Shown here piece by piece: positions 1 through 7,233 of a stretch of DNA of 12,943 nt. Under the pieces are notes generated by a model. The model was given only the letters and a program-made list of their open reading frames with translations. It did not search any database and was not told the origin of the DNA. Source of the DNA: Candidatus Aenigmatarchaeota archaeon (GTDB taxonomy: Archaea; Aenigmatarchaeota; Aenigmatarchaeia; CG10238-14; SpSt-28); the NCBI GenBank assembly GCA_038733315.1, contig JAVYPJ010000004.1:1-12943 (forward strand), in the 5' to 3' direction. A program made the translations under genes and the position numbers. The number at the start of each line of letters is the position of its first letter. Position 1 is the stretch's first letter.

Positions 1-687
1 AGCGCTTCAAAACTTTTGGAAAACTTTAATTATGAATTTAATTTCAATGTAAAAGATCTTATTTATACTTCTGCTCCTTTAAAATTATCTTTTAAACCAG
101 AACAAGCTATACAAGAAATCCAAAAAAACATAGAAGATGTAATAAAAGATAATAAAACTCCAATAATTATTGGAGGAGAACACACTGTAGCACTAGGTTC
201 TTTAAATTTAGGGCACGATTTTATAGTTTTTGATGCACATGCCGATTTTAGGGAAGAATTTAATGGCGAAAAGTATTCTCATGCAAGCGTCATTAAGAGA
301 ATGTCTGAAAAGGCAAGAGTTATAATTATAGGAACAAGATCAATTTCTTTAGAAGAAAAAGAAATGATAGAGCAAGAAAAAAACGTAAAAATATTCTTTA
401 TTGATCAGTTAGATAAATTAGATTTTAGCTCTGTGGGAAGAGATGTATGGATAAGTATTGATATGGATGTTTTCGATCCTTCAATAGTTCCAAACGTAGC
501 AGTTCCTTCTCCTAACGGTATTAATTATGAATTTTTTAGGAAAGCTTTAAAGAAGATTTTCATTGAGAAAAATCCTATAGGAATGGACATTTCGGAAATA
601 GTTCCTAGCGAAGATTTAACCGGAGAAATATTATCTTCTAAATGCATATTGGATTTTGTTTCTCTTAAAGAACTTTCTAATTCTTAA
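1..687 (+). CDS. speB: Agmatinase / ureohydrolase (arginase family), 5'-truncated by the window edge
   Basis: Frame is open from position 1, so the TTG at 16 is not the true start. Ureohydrolase Mn-binding motifs GGEHTV, FDAHADFR, YSHAS and SIDMDVFDPS are present. Confidence 0.85.
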   Translation, partial: SASKLLENFNYEFNFNVKDLIYTSAPLKLSFKPEQAIQEIQKNIEDVIKDNKTPIIIGGEHTVALGSLNLGHDFIVFDAHADFREEFNGEKYSHASVIKRMSEKARVIIIGTRSISLEEKEMIEQEKNVKIFFIDQLDKLDFSSVGRDVWISIDMDVFDPSIVPNVAVPSPNGINYEFFRKALKKIFIEKNPIGMDISEIVPSEDLTGEILSSKCILDFVSLKELSNS

Positions 688-1062
688 AAAATTTTAATTT
701 TTTTATAAGTTGGCTAAATATTTTGTGAGTATTTGCATCATAATATAAGATAAAAAATAAGATGCAAAAAGAAAGCGGCGAAATTTCAGGAAGTTTAATG
801 TTTAGGCCTATTACTTGTTATGCAACATTTGAAGCTATTGATAATTATAGAATTTTGATAGCAATTATAAATTCGCTTAGTATTAAGACTTATTATAAGA
901 ACGACAGGTAAAGTTTTATACGAGCTTATATAGAGAGTGTATAAAGAAATAAACAGAATAATGTCTAATCTGAGGCAGGGAACCAATCAATTTAGGCAAA
1001 TGATAGTATATTGAAGCATTTGGTTATAAGTAATGTCTTTGTCTTAAAGTAAATGTTAAATA

Positions 1063-1070
1063 TTTATATA
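1063..1070 (+). promoter_or_regulatory. Putative archaeal TATA box for the ORF starting at 1092
   Basis: TTTATATA lies 22-29 nt upstream of ATG 1092, spacing consistent with a leaderless archaeal transcript. Confidence 0.5.
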
Positions 1071-1091
1071 CTAGGAAATAGCAAAAAAACA

Positions 1092-1400
1092 ATGGGATCA
1101 AAAACAGTTAAAGCGGTATATTTTTTAAGAAGCGCTTTTGTTGGAACTATAGCGGGCACTGCTACATATGAGGCAGTTGGACCATCTAATGGAGGAGTTG
1201 CTGCAGGAGTAGTTGTTGGGGTGCTAGTCACCTTAGGTCTCTACGGGTTGTCTTATAAAGTTTATGAATATCGAGCTAAAAGAGCAAGAGCTAGATCTAA
1301 GTCCTCTTCCAATAGATATAACTTCGAATCTGACTTATATAATCAATCCTCTGAATCAGGATCTTTCAATTCGGAAGGATTAGGCAAAATACTTGAATAA
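1092..1400 (+). CDS. Small hypothetical membrane protein with two Gly/Ala-rich helices and a basic/Ser-rich tail
   Basis: ORF track starts at 1053, but ATG 1092 (MGSKTV) fits the TATA box at 1063-1070 better. Hydrophobic segments are FLRSAFVGTIAGTATY and VAAGVVVGVLVTLGLYGL. Confidence 0.65.
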   Translation: MGSKTVKAVYFLRSAFVGTIAGTATYEAVGPSNGGVAAGVVVGVLVTLGLYGLSYKVYEYRAKRARARSKSSSNRYNFESDLYNQSSESGSFNSEGLGKILE

Positions 1401-1423
1401 TATAAACTAGGGCGTTATAGAAT

Positions 1424-1699
1424 ATGGTAGACAAGTACCATTTGATTGGTGCTATTATTAAATCTACCTTCATAGCAACAGCGGGTGGATTTGTTGCTTA
1501 CGCACTCTTAAATAAAGCCCATGTGGGTTCTCCTTATGACGAGATTGGGTATGCTGCCGTTAGCTGGGCAATCTTTGGAGGTATCGTATATTATTATTAT
1601 AAGAAATATAAGGAAGATGAGGGCAAAGAATGGTCAAATTCAAACGATTCCGATAATTCTAACTTAGATAAAATTCTAAAACAAGGATACAAAATATAG
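1424..1699 (+). CDS. Small hypothetical membrane protein with two helices and a polar tail
   Basis: 91 aa ORF with two hydrophobic segments followed by YYYYKKYK. It resembles both neighbouring small ORFs. Confidence 0.7.
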   Translation: MVDKYHLIGAIIKSTFIATAGGFVAYALLNKAHVGSPYDEIGYAAVSWAIFGGIVYYYYKKYKEDEGKEWSNSNDSDNSNLDKILKQGYKI

Positions 1700-1861
1700 A
1701 AAAAAAAGATTTTATTTTTAATTTTTAATTTAAATTTTTGAGTTTAAATATCTTATAAATTGAAGGTAAAATTCAAACTTGCCATTGCTTAATGAAGAAG
1801 TGCGATTGTTTTTTAGCTAAAATAAAAACAAAATCTAACAGCCAGTTTTTATTAAAAATAG

Positions 1862-1875
1862 AAAGCTTTTTATAT
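1862..1875 (+). promoter_or_regulatory. Putative BRE-TATA promoter
   Basis: AAAGCTTTTTATAT ends 23 nt before ATG 1898. The same 13-mer AAAGCTTTTTATA precedes bcp. Confidence 0.6.
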
Positions 1876-1897
1876 TTCTTTTGATTAATATTTACTC

Positions 1898-2146
1898 ATG
1901 AGTAGTAAAAAATTAGAAAGAATATTAGCCGCTTTATCTTCTACTGGTATAGGCGCTGCTGTTTATAGTGGTCTTAACAGTTATATTAACAACATATTAA
2001 ATGAAATGCATTTAAAGGGCTCATACGACTCTTCAATCCTAAGTTTTGCCATAGCGATTACACTTAGTTTAGCATCTTACGGCCTTGCAGAATATGCAAT
2101 AAATAAACATGAAGAAAATAAAAGGAGGAGTAAATACTTAATATAA
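1898..2146 (+). CDS. Small hypothetical membrane protein with two helices
   Basis: 82 aa ORF with its own promoter motif, two hydrophobic segments and a charged C-terminus. Confidence 0.7.
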   Translation: MSSKKLERILAALSSTGIGAAVYSGLNSYINNILNEMHLKGSYDSSILSFAIAITLSLASYGLAEYAINKHEENKRRSKYLI

Positions 2147-2215
2147 AAAGCACAGAATTAAGTATTTCAACATTTTAGACAAAAATAAATCTAAATCACT
2201 TAAAAAGTTTTGGAT

Positions 2216-2289
2216 TGGGGCGAGTGGGATTTGAACCCACAATCACCAGCGCCCTAGGCTGGCGTCATTCCGGGTTAGACCATCGCCCC
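2216..2289 (-). tRNA. tRNA-Pro, anticodon AGG
   Basis: Reverse complement folds as GGGGCGA TG GTCT-AACCCGGAA-TGAC G CCAGC-CT AGG GC-GCTGG TGATT GTGGG-TTCAAAT-CCCAC TCGCCCC A. Stems pair fully apart from U13:U22. It has G37 and A73, no intron and no encoded CCA. Confidence 0.93.
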
Positions 2290-2305
2290 TTTGAATTAAT
2301 ATTTT

Positions 2306-2683
2306 TTAAGATTTATTGGCTTTATTTTTTAAGGATTTTAGCGCATTTACTGGCAACATTAAGCATCCTATTCTGCTACTTCCTATTTCTTCTATTTCTA
2401 ATAATTCACACATTTTCTTTTCGTCAGGTAAATTTTCTTCTAATTCTTTTAGATCTTTTCCTATAATGTAATTGCAAAATCTTGAAGAAGAAACCGTTGA
2501 TATTGCACAACCAGATCCATCGAATTTTGCATCAATTATTTTTCCATTTTCAGTTTTGATATAAAAAGAAAATTTATCTCCGCAAGAAGTTGAATATCCT
2601 TCTATTACGATATCTGCATTTTCTATTGTTCCTCTATTTTTAGGGTTTCTATATTCTTCTAATAATTGAAAGTAATCTGTCAT
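2306..2683 (-). CDS. sufU: SufU/IscU-family Fe-S scaffold or sulfur-transfer protein
   Basis: Motifs YRNPKNRG, SCGD, GSGCAIS and RIGCL give three Cys plus Asp. There is no LPPVK motif. It overlaps sufS by 4 nt. Confidence 0.88.
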   Translation of the reverse strand: MTDYFQLLEEYRNPKNRGTIENADIVIEGYSTSCGDKFSFYIKTENGKIIDAKFDGSGCAISTVSSSRFCNYIIGKDLKELEENLPDEKKMCELLEIEEIGSSRIGCLMLPVNALKSLKNKANKS

Positions 2684-3882
2684 ACTTTTCTTTCAATTTC
2701 TTTTAATACTTCAATAAATTTATCTATTTCTTCTATTGTATTGTAGAAATAGAGAGAAGCTCTTGCTGTTCCATTTTGTTTTAACTTATCTTCTATAAAT
2801 GGTTGTGCACAATGGAATCCTGATCTAATTGCAATTCCTTCTTTATCTAATAAATAAGCAACATCGTGAGGATGAAGACCTTCTATATTAAATGAAAGTA
2901 TTGCTCCATATTTCTTACTTTTTCCACTAAATACTTTAACTTTTTTAAGTTCTTTTATTCTTTCAAACATGTGTTTCTTTAATTTCTCTTCATAGTTTTC
3001 TATTTCATTCATTCCTATTTTGTTAAGGTAATCAATTGCTATTCCGAGACCAAAAGCTCCTTCTATATTTTGAGTGCCTGCTTCGTAGAAATAAGGCAAG
3101 TCTGCATATTCTATTCTATTTAATTTTACATCTTTTATCATTTCTCCTCCTTCCAAAAATGGATTAAGAATATTGTGTATCCTTTTGTTTATATAAAGAA
3201 CTCCTATCCCAAATGGCCCTAACATTTTATGGCCAGAGAAAGCAGCAAAATCTGCACCTATTTTCTTAATATCTATTTTCATGTGAGGTATAGACTGAGC
3301 TAGATCTACAAGAAACAAAGCTCCCTTTTTATGTACAAGATTGCTTATTTTTTCTACATCATTTATAGTCCCGCTTACATTAGATTCGTGGGTCACTGTG
3401 ACTAATTTAGTATTTTCAGGTAAATTTTCGTAGATTTCCATTTTAAGATCATAATTTTCATCTACATCTGCAAACTCTACATTTATTCCTTCTTCCTTCA
3501 GTCTTAACCAAGGTAAAATATTTGAATGATGTTCTAGATAAGAAGTAACTATACTATCTCCCTTTTTAAAAGGAACAGCAAATGATACTAAATTTATGCC
3601 TTCAGTTGCATTTCTTACAAATACTATTTCTTCTGGAGAAGCATTTATGAATTCAGCTACTTTTTTCCTTGCTTCATTATAAGCTTCTGTAGCTTTTTCT
3701 GCTAAATAGTGCAGACTTCTTATAGGATTGGCATTTATATTTTCATAAAAGAATTTAATGCCCTCTATTACTTCTCTTGGTTTCTGAGTTGTTGCTGCAT
3801 TATCAAAATATATTAATTTTTTCCCGTTTATTTCTTTTCTTAGAATTGGAAAGTCTTTTCTTATTTCTTCTACATCAAACAT
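2680..3882 (-). CDS. sufS: Cysteine desulfurase, group II (SufS type)
   Basis: Motifs YFDNAATTQKP, EHHSN, FSGHKMLGP (PLP lysine) and RSGFHCAQP (group II catalytic Cys loop). Confidence 0.95.
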   Translation of the reverse strand: MFDVEEIRKDFPILRKEINGKKLIYFDNAATTQKPREVIEGIKFFYENINANPIRSLHYLAEKATEAYNEARKKVAEFINASPEEIVFVRNATEGINLVSFAVPFKKGDSIVTSYLEHHSNILPWLRLKEEGINVEFADVDENYDLKMEIYENLPENTKLVTVTHESNVSGTINDVEKISNLVHKKGALFLVDLAQSIPHMKIDIKKIGADFAAFSGHKMLGPFGIGVLYINKRIHNILNPFLEGGEMIKDVKLNRIEYADLPYFYEAGTQNIEGAFGLGIAIDYLNKIGMNEIENYEEKLKKHMFERIKELKKVKVFSGKSKKYGAILSFNIEGLHPHDVAYLLDKEGIAIRSGFHCAQPFIEDKLKQNGTARASLYFYNTIEEIDKFIEVLKEIERKV

Positions 3883-3993
3883 ATTCTGTGCATCTAAATT
3901 AAGTATATTAAGTATTATAAAACTATTTTAAATATTTTGTGAGTTTAATAAAATTTAAATCTTAAATTTAAATAAATTAAATCTTTAAAACTT

Positions 3994-4410
3994 ATGCGCA
4001 GAGAAATTATAAAAGAAATTGCAACAAAGGCTGCGATTTATTCTACTATAGGCGACTTTGGAGTTACAATTTCAACACTTATAAAGTTAAAAGCTTTAGA
4101 ACTTATTAAAAACATTTCAATTGAAATAATTACTTTTCTTACGTTACTAACAATATTTTTATTTGTACTTGATTTCTTCCTTTCTAGGAATGTAATTAAA
4201 ATTAAAATAAAGGAAATAAATAAGAATGTTTCAAAAGAAAATAATCCTGTTAAAATTAGATATGTGAAAGTAAGAGAAATTACAAATAATCAATTTGCTA
4301 AAAACAATGTGAAAGCTATTATTCCTATTGATTACACAAAATTAGATAAAGCTTACACTGTTAAAAATGTAGAAAAAGAAGAAAATGCTTTACCAGATGA
4401 AGATATTTAA
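3994..4410 (+). CDS. Hypothetical membrane protein
   Basis: 138 aa ORF divergent from sufS, with a hydrophobic helix (IITFLTLLTIFLFVLDFFL) and a Lys/Asn-rich C-terminal part. No family was recognised. Confidence 0.6.
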   Translation: MRREIIKEIATKAAIYSTIGDFGVTISTLIKLKALELIKNISIEIITFLTLLTIFLFVLDFFLSRNVIKIKIKEINKNVSKENNPVKIRYVKVREITNNQFAKNNVKAIIPIDYTKLDKAYTVKNVEKEENALPDEDI

Positions 4411-4470
4411 AGTATTAATTTTTATTTAAAAACTAGTTTCTAAAAGCTATCAATTAATGTTAAACAATTT

Positions 4471-4544
4471 ATGGAAGAATTTAATTATAAAGATCCTCTA
4501 AATAATTATGGAAGAATTTAATTATAAAGATCCTGTAAATAATT
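4471..4544 (+). repeat. 37-bp tandem duplication spanning the start of the ParB-domain gene
   Basis: ATGGAAGAATTTAATTATAAAGATCCT(C/G)TAAATAATT occurs at 4471-4507 and 4508-4544 with one mismatch. Confidence 0.95.
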
Positions 4545-5293
4545 ACGACATAACATTTTCTTTACTTGATATCGATAAATTAAAGATTAGTAAAAATCAA
4601 AGAAAACCTTCAAAGGAACTTGTGGAACGGCTTATATCTTCTATTAGAAAAACTGGTTTTGTTTCCGCGTTGGTTTGTATTAAGGATAATGATAATTATA
4701 TTATTGTTGATGGACAGCACAGATATCTTGCAGCAAAGACAATGGGAATACAAAAAATTCCTTGCATAATAATTCCAAAAGAATACGGATTAAAACTAAT
4801 GGAATTTAATGTAGAAAAAGCACCTAACTTTAGAGAAAAATCGTATGTAGCTCTAAATGTATATTACGATTTTCTTAATCAAAATCCAGATATGAAGGAA
4901 ACTGATACTATTATATTAGATTCTATAGAATTGGCTTGTTATATAACAGCAGGGATTGCTTATCAATCAAATCCTAGATTTTATGGATCTGCTTTTAGTA
5001 GTTTAGTCAAGAGAGTTGACTCTTTCTTAGATATGCCATTAAAAGAAGCTATTGAAGTAAGAAAAGAAAGAGCAGAACTTCTTAATCAGGCAGATCAAAT
5101 CTTAAAGAAAGCCACGCAAAAGTTAAAAGAATTAAATTATAATAATCCTTTCCTATTTCAAGAAGTAGTTTCATTTTGTAATCCTATTGGTAAGAAGAGG
5201 AAGGCAGACATTAGTTTTGAAAATGCTATAAATGAATTTATAAAGAAAGCAAATGAACTAATCGAAAACCCTTCCCTGTTCAATCAATCTTGA
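4508..5293 (+). CDS. ParB/sulfiredoxin N-terminal domain protein
   Basis: LISSIRKTGFVSAL...YIIVDGQHRYLAAKTMG...IPCII matches the ParB/Srx nucleotide-binding fold (DGxHR). The C-terminal half is helical and unassigned. Confidence 0.85.
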   Translation: MEEFNYKDPVNNYDITFSLLDIDKLKISKNQRKPSKELVERLISSIRKTGFVSALVCIKDNDNYIIVDGQHRYLAAKTMGIQKIPCIIIPKEYGLKLMEFNVEKAPNFREKSYVALNVYYDFLNQNPDMKETDTIILDSIELACYITAGIAYQSNPRFYGSAFSSLVKRVDSFLDMPLKEAIEVRKERAELLNQADQILKKATQKLKELNYNNPFLFQEVVSFCNPIGKKRKADISFENAINEFIKKANELIENPSLFNQS

Positions 5294-5332
5294 AAAGAAA
5301 ATTATTATTTAAGTTGTTTTATTCATTATTAA

Positions 5333-5407
5333 GGGCCTGTAGCTTAGCCCGGTTAGAGCGCTCGACTGATAATCGAGAGATCGTGGGTCCAAATCCCACC
5401 AGGCCCA
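5333..5407 (+). tRNA. tRNA-Ile, anticodon GAT
   Basis: Folds as GGGCCTG TA GCTT-AGCCCGGTTA-GAGC G CTCGA-CT GAT AA-TCGAG AGATC GTGGG-TCCAAAT-CCCAC CAGGCCC A. No intron and no encoded CCA. Confidence 0.95.
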
Positions 5408-5446
5408 TCCTTTAAATTTTTATTGGAAGAAAATTCTAAAGATTCA

Positions 5447-5460
5447 AAAGCTTTTTATAA
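5447..5460 (+). promoter_or_regulatory. Putative BRE-TATA promoter of bcp
   Basis: AAAGCTTTTTATAA ends 20 nt before ATG 5480. Confidence 0.6.
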
Positions 5461-5479
5461 GAGTAAAATAAATTAAACT

Positions 5480-5929
5480 ATGAAAGTGAAAGAAGGAGAT
5501 GATTTTCCAGATTTTAAGTTAATGTCAGATGCAGGAAATTATGTAAGCTTATCAGATTTAAAAGGCAAACGCGTAATAATTTATTTTTATCCTAAGGACG
5601 ATACTCCGGGATGTACTAAAGAGGCTTGTAATTTTAGAGACAATATTAATGAAATAAAATCATTGAATGTAGAAATATACGGAGTAAGTGTAGATACAAT
5701 TGAATCACATAAAAAATTCAAGGAGAAATATTCTTTACCATTTACTCTTTTAAGTGATCATGATAAGCAATTATCTAAAACTTTAGGTATACTTAGTGTT
5801 TTTGGAACTGATAGAAGAGTTACTTTTATAGTAAATAACGGAAAGATAGAAAAGATATTTCCAAAAGTTTCTCCAGACAAGCACGCTAAAGAAATTATTG
5901 AATATCTTAAAAGTTCACAGAGTGTTTAA
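5480..5929 (+). CDS. bcp: Peroxiredoxin, BCP/PrxQ subfamily
   Basis: YFYPKDDTPGCTKEACNFRD (peroxidatic and resolving Cys, CxxxxC), GVSVD, LPFTLLSD and RVTFIV. Confidence 0.95.
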   Translation: MKVKEGDDFPDFKLMSDAGNYVSLSDLKGKRVIIYFYPKDDTPGCTKEACNFRDNINEIKSLNVEIYGVSVDTIESHKKFKEKYSLPFTLLSDHDKQLSKTLGILSVFGTDRRVTFIVNNGKIEKIFPKVSPDKHAKEIIEYLKSSQSV

Positions 5930-5952
5930 ATAAAAGAATCAGTACATTAGAT

Positions 5953-7233
5953 ATGAAAGACAGATTTGCACTATTGATTTGGGTTATTCTTGTTATAAGT
6001 TTATTACTTAGCTTAAGCTATGTTAAACCTAACTTTGTTTCTAATCATCTAACTTATACTACTTCATCATACCCTCCTAATTCCTCAGCATATTATTTCC
6101 AAGGAAAAACCGGTGAATTAGCGAATTCTACCGTAATGAATGATTTAACTAATACATATCAACAGTTCGTTGATGTTGGTCAATACATTAGTAATTTTAG
6201 TGTCGTCCCAGTCAAGAGTAATGGATTAACGCTTTATATTTTAAATATTTCGCCTTTCTATGTTCTTGTTCCTTATAAAGTACAATCAAATATTAATACA
6301 CTTACACAAAATGGAAAATCTACATTTGTATTTATAGGAGCAGAGGGTTGCCCTTTTTGTGCTTTGCAAAGAGTTGCAATTATATTGGCACTTTCACGCT
6401 TTGGAAATTTCTCAAAACTTTTCTTAGATAGATCTACTACAATAGATGGTAATATCCCTACTTATACCTTTAATTTTTCACAAGAGTTATTTAATCAATA
6501 TGTAGTAGACAAACCTGTCATTTCTAACGCTCCCTACGGGGATCAAAATCCAGAGCCGTTTTTCACAGGAGCATATTATTCTTCTCCATATGTTCAGTTG
6601 GAGCCTATAGATGAAATAGGAGGATCTTTCTTAATCAATGTATCAGGAATTGCGCAGGCAAGTCCTTTAATTTACAATAGTGTTTTAGTGCCTTCTGGTG
6701 TACTTTCTAATTCTCCTGCTCCATTCGGAATAAAGGGATTTCAGTTTGGAGGCGTTCCTTTCTTTGATATAAACAATCAATTTGTATTTGATGGAGCAAT
6801 TGTAGATCTTGCTCCTATAGAGTCTCAAGTAATTAATGGAAGTAGAATGGAGCTATTACAATCAATTCAAAATCCGTCCATAGGGAGTTACGGATTCCTT
6901 GAGTTAGCAGCTGCAAATGTGCTTGCTGCGGATATTTGTTATACTATAAATAATGTTGCTCCAATCTGTAAGCTTCCGTATATGCAAAGACTTGAAAATA
7001 AAGTTACTAATTTAGTTACCCCATTTTCCTTCTCATTACCTGGATATACTATATATATAATAGTAGGAGCTGGAGTTGCTGCAGTAATTATTTTAGCTTT
7101 CTTCTTTTTCTATAGAACTTACAGAAATACTAAAAACGAACTGGAAGAATTGAGAAGAAGCATAAAAGAAATGAAGGGAAATTCTGAAGAACATAAAAAT
7201 AATAAGGAAGATAAAAATAATTCTCAGCCTTGA
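5953..7233 (+). CDS. DUF929-like thioredoxin-fold membrane/surface protein
   Basis: N-terminal hydrophobic signal, FIGAEGCPFCALQR...LALSRFGNFS, IPTYTF, GGVPFFDI, a distal Cys pair (DIC...PIC), a C-terminal TM helix and a charged tail. The family call comes from recalled motif similarity. Confidence 0.75.
   Translation: MKDRFALLIWVILVISLLLSLSYVKPNFVSNHLTYTTSSYPPNSSAYYFQGKTGELANSTVMNDLTNTYQQFVDVGQYISNFSVVPVKSNGLTLYILNISPFYVLVPYKVQSNINTLTQNGKSTFVFIGAEGCPFCALQRVAIILALSRFGNFSKLFLDRSTTIDGNIPTYTFNFSQELFNQYVVDKPVISNAPYGDQNPEPFFTGAYYSSPYVQLEPIDEIGGSFLINVSGIAQASPLIYNSVLVPSGVLSNSPAPFGIKGFQFGGVPFFDINNQFVFDGAIVDLAPIESQVINGSRMELLQSIQNPSIGSYGFLELAAANVLAADICYTINNVAPICKLPYMQRLENKVTNLVTPFSFSLPGYTIYIIVGAGVAAVIILAFFFFYRTYRNTKNELEELRRSIKEMKGNSEEHKNNKEDKNNSQP

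Noticed and set aside
771..784. GAAAGCGGCGAAAT resembling GAAAGCGGGGAAAT near the pelota start (12547)
   Set aside because: The 13/14 match does not extend in DNA or protein, so it is probably chance.
795..986. 63 aa minus-strand ORF
   Set aside because: It has a non-ATG start, no recognisable motif and no supporting promoter.
1407..1414. CTAGGGCG matching the tRNA-Pro anticodon arm as an att site
   Set aside because: It is only 8 nt, inverted relative to the tRNA gene, and no integrase or duplicated tRNA 3' end is present.
2215..2466. 83 aa plus-strand ORF
   Set aside because: It is an antisense shadow of tRNA-Pro and sufU. MGRVGFEPT is a typical translation of an antisense tRNA.
3951..3984. 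Repeated AAATTTAAAT units in the divergent sufS promoter region
   Set aside because: Pure A/T low-complexity sequence that cannot be distinguished from background.
4471..4544. 37-bp repeat as a CRISPR array
   Set aside because: There are only two adjacent copies with no spacer, the sequence is coding, and no cas genes are present.
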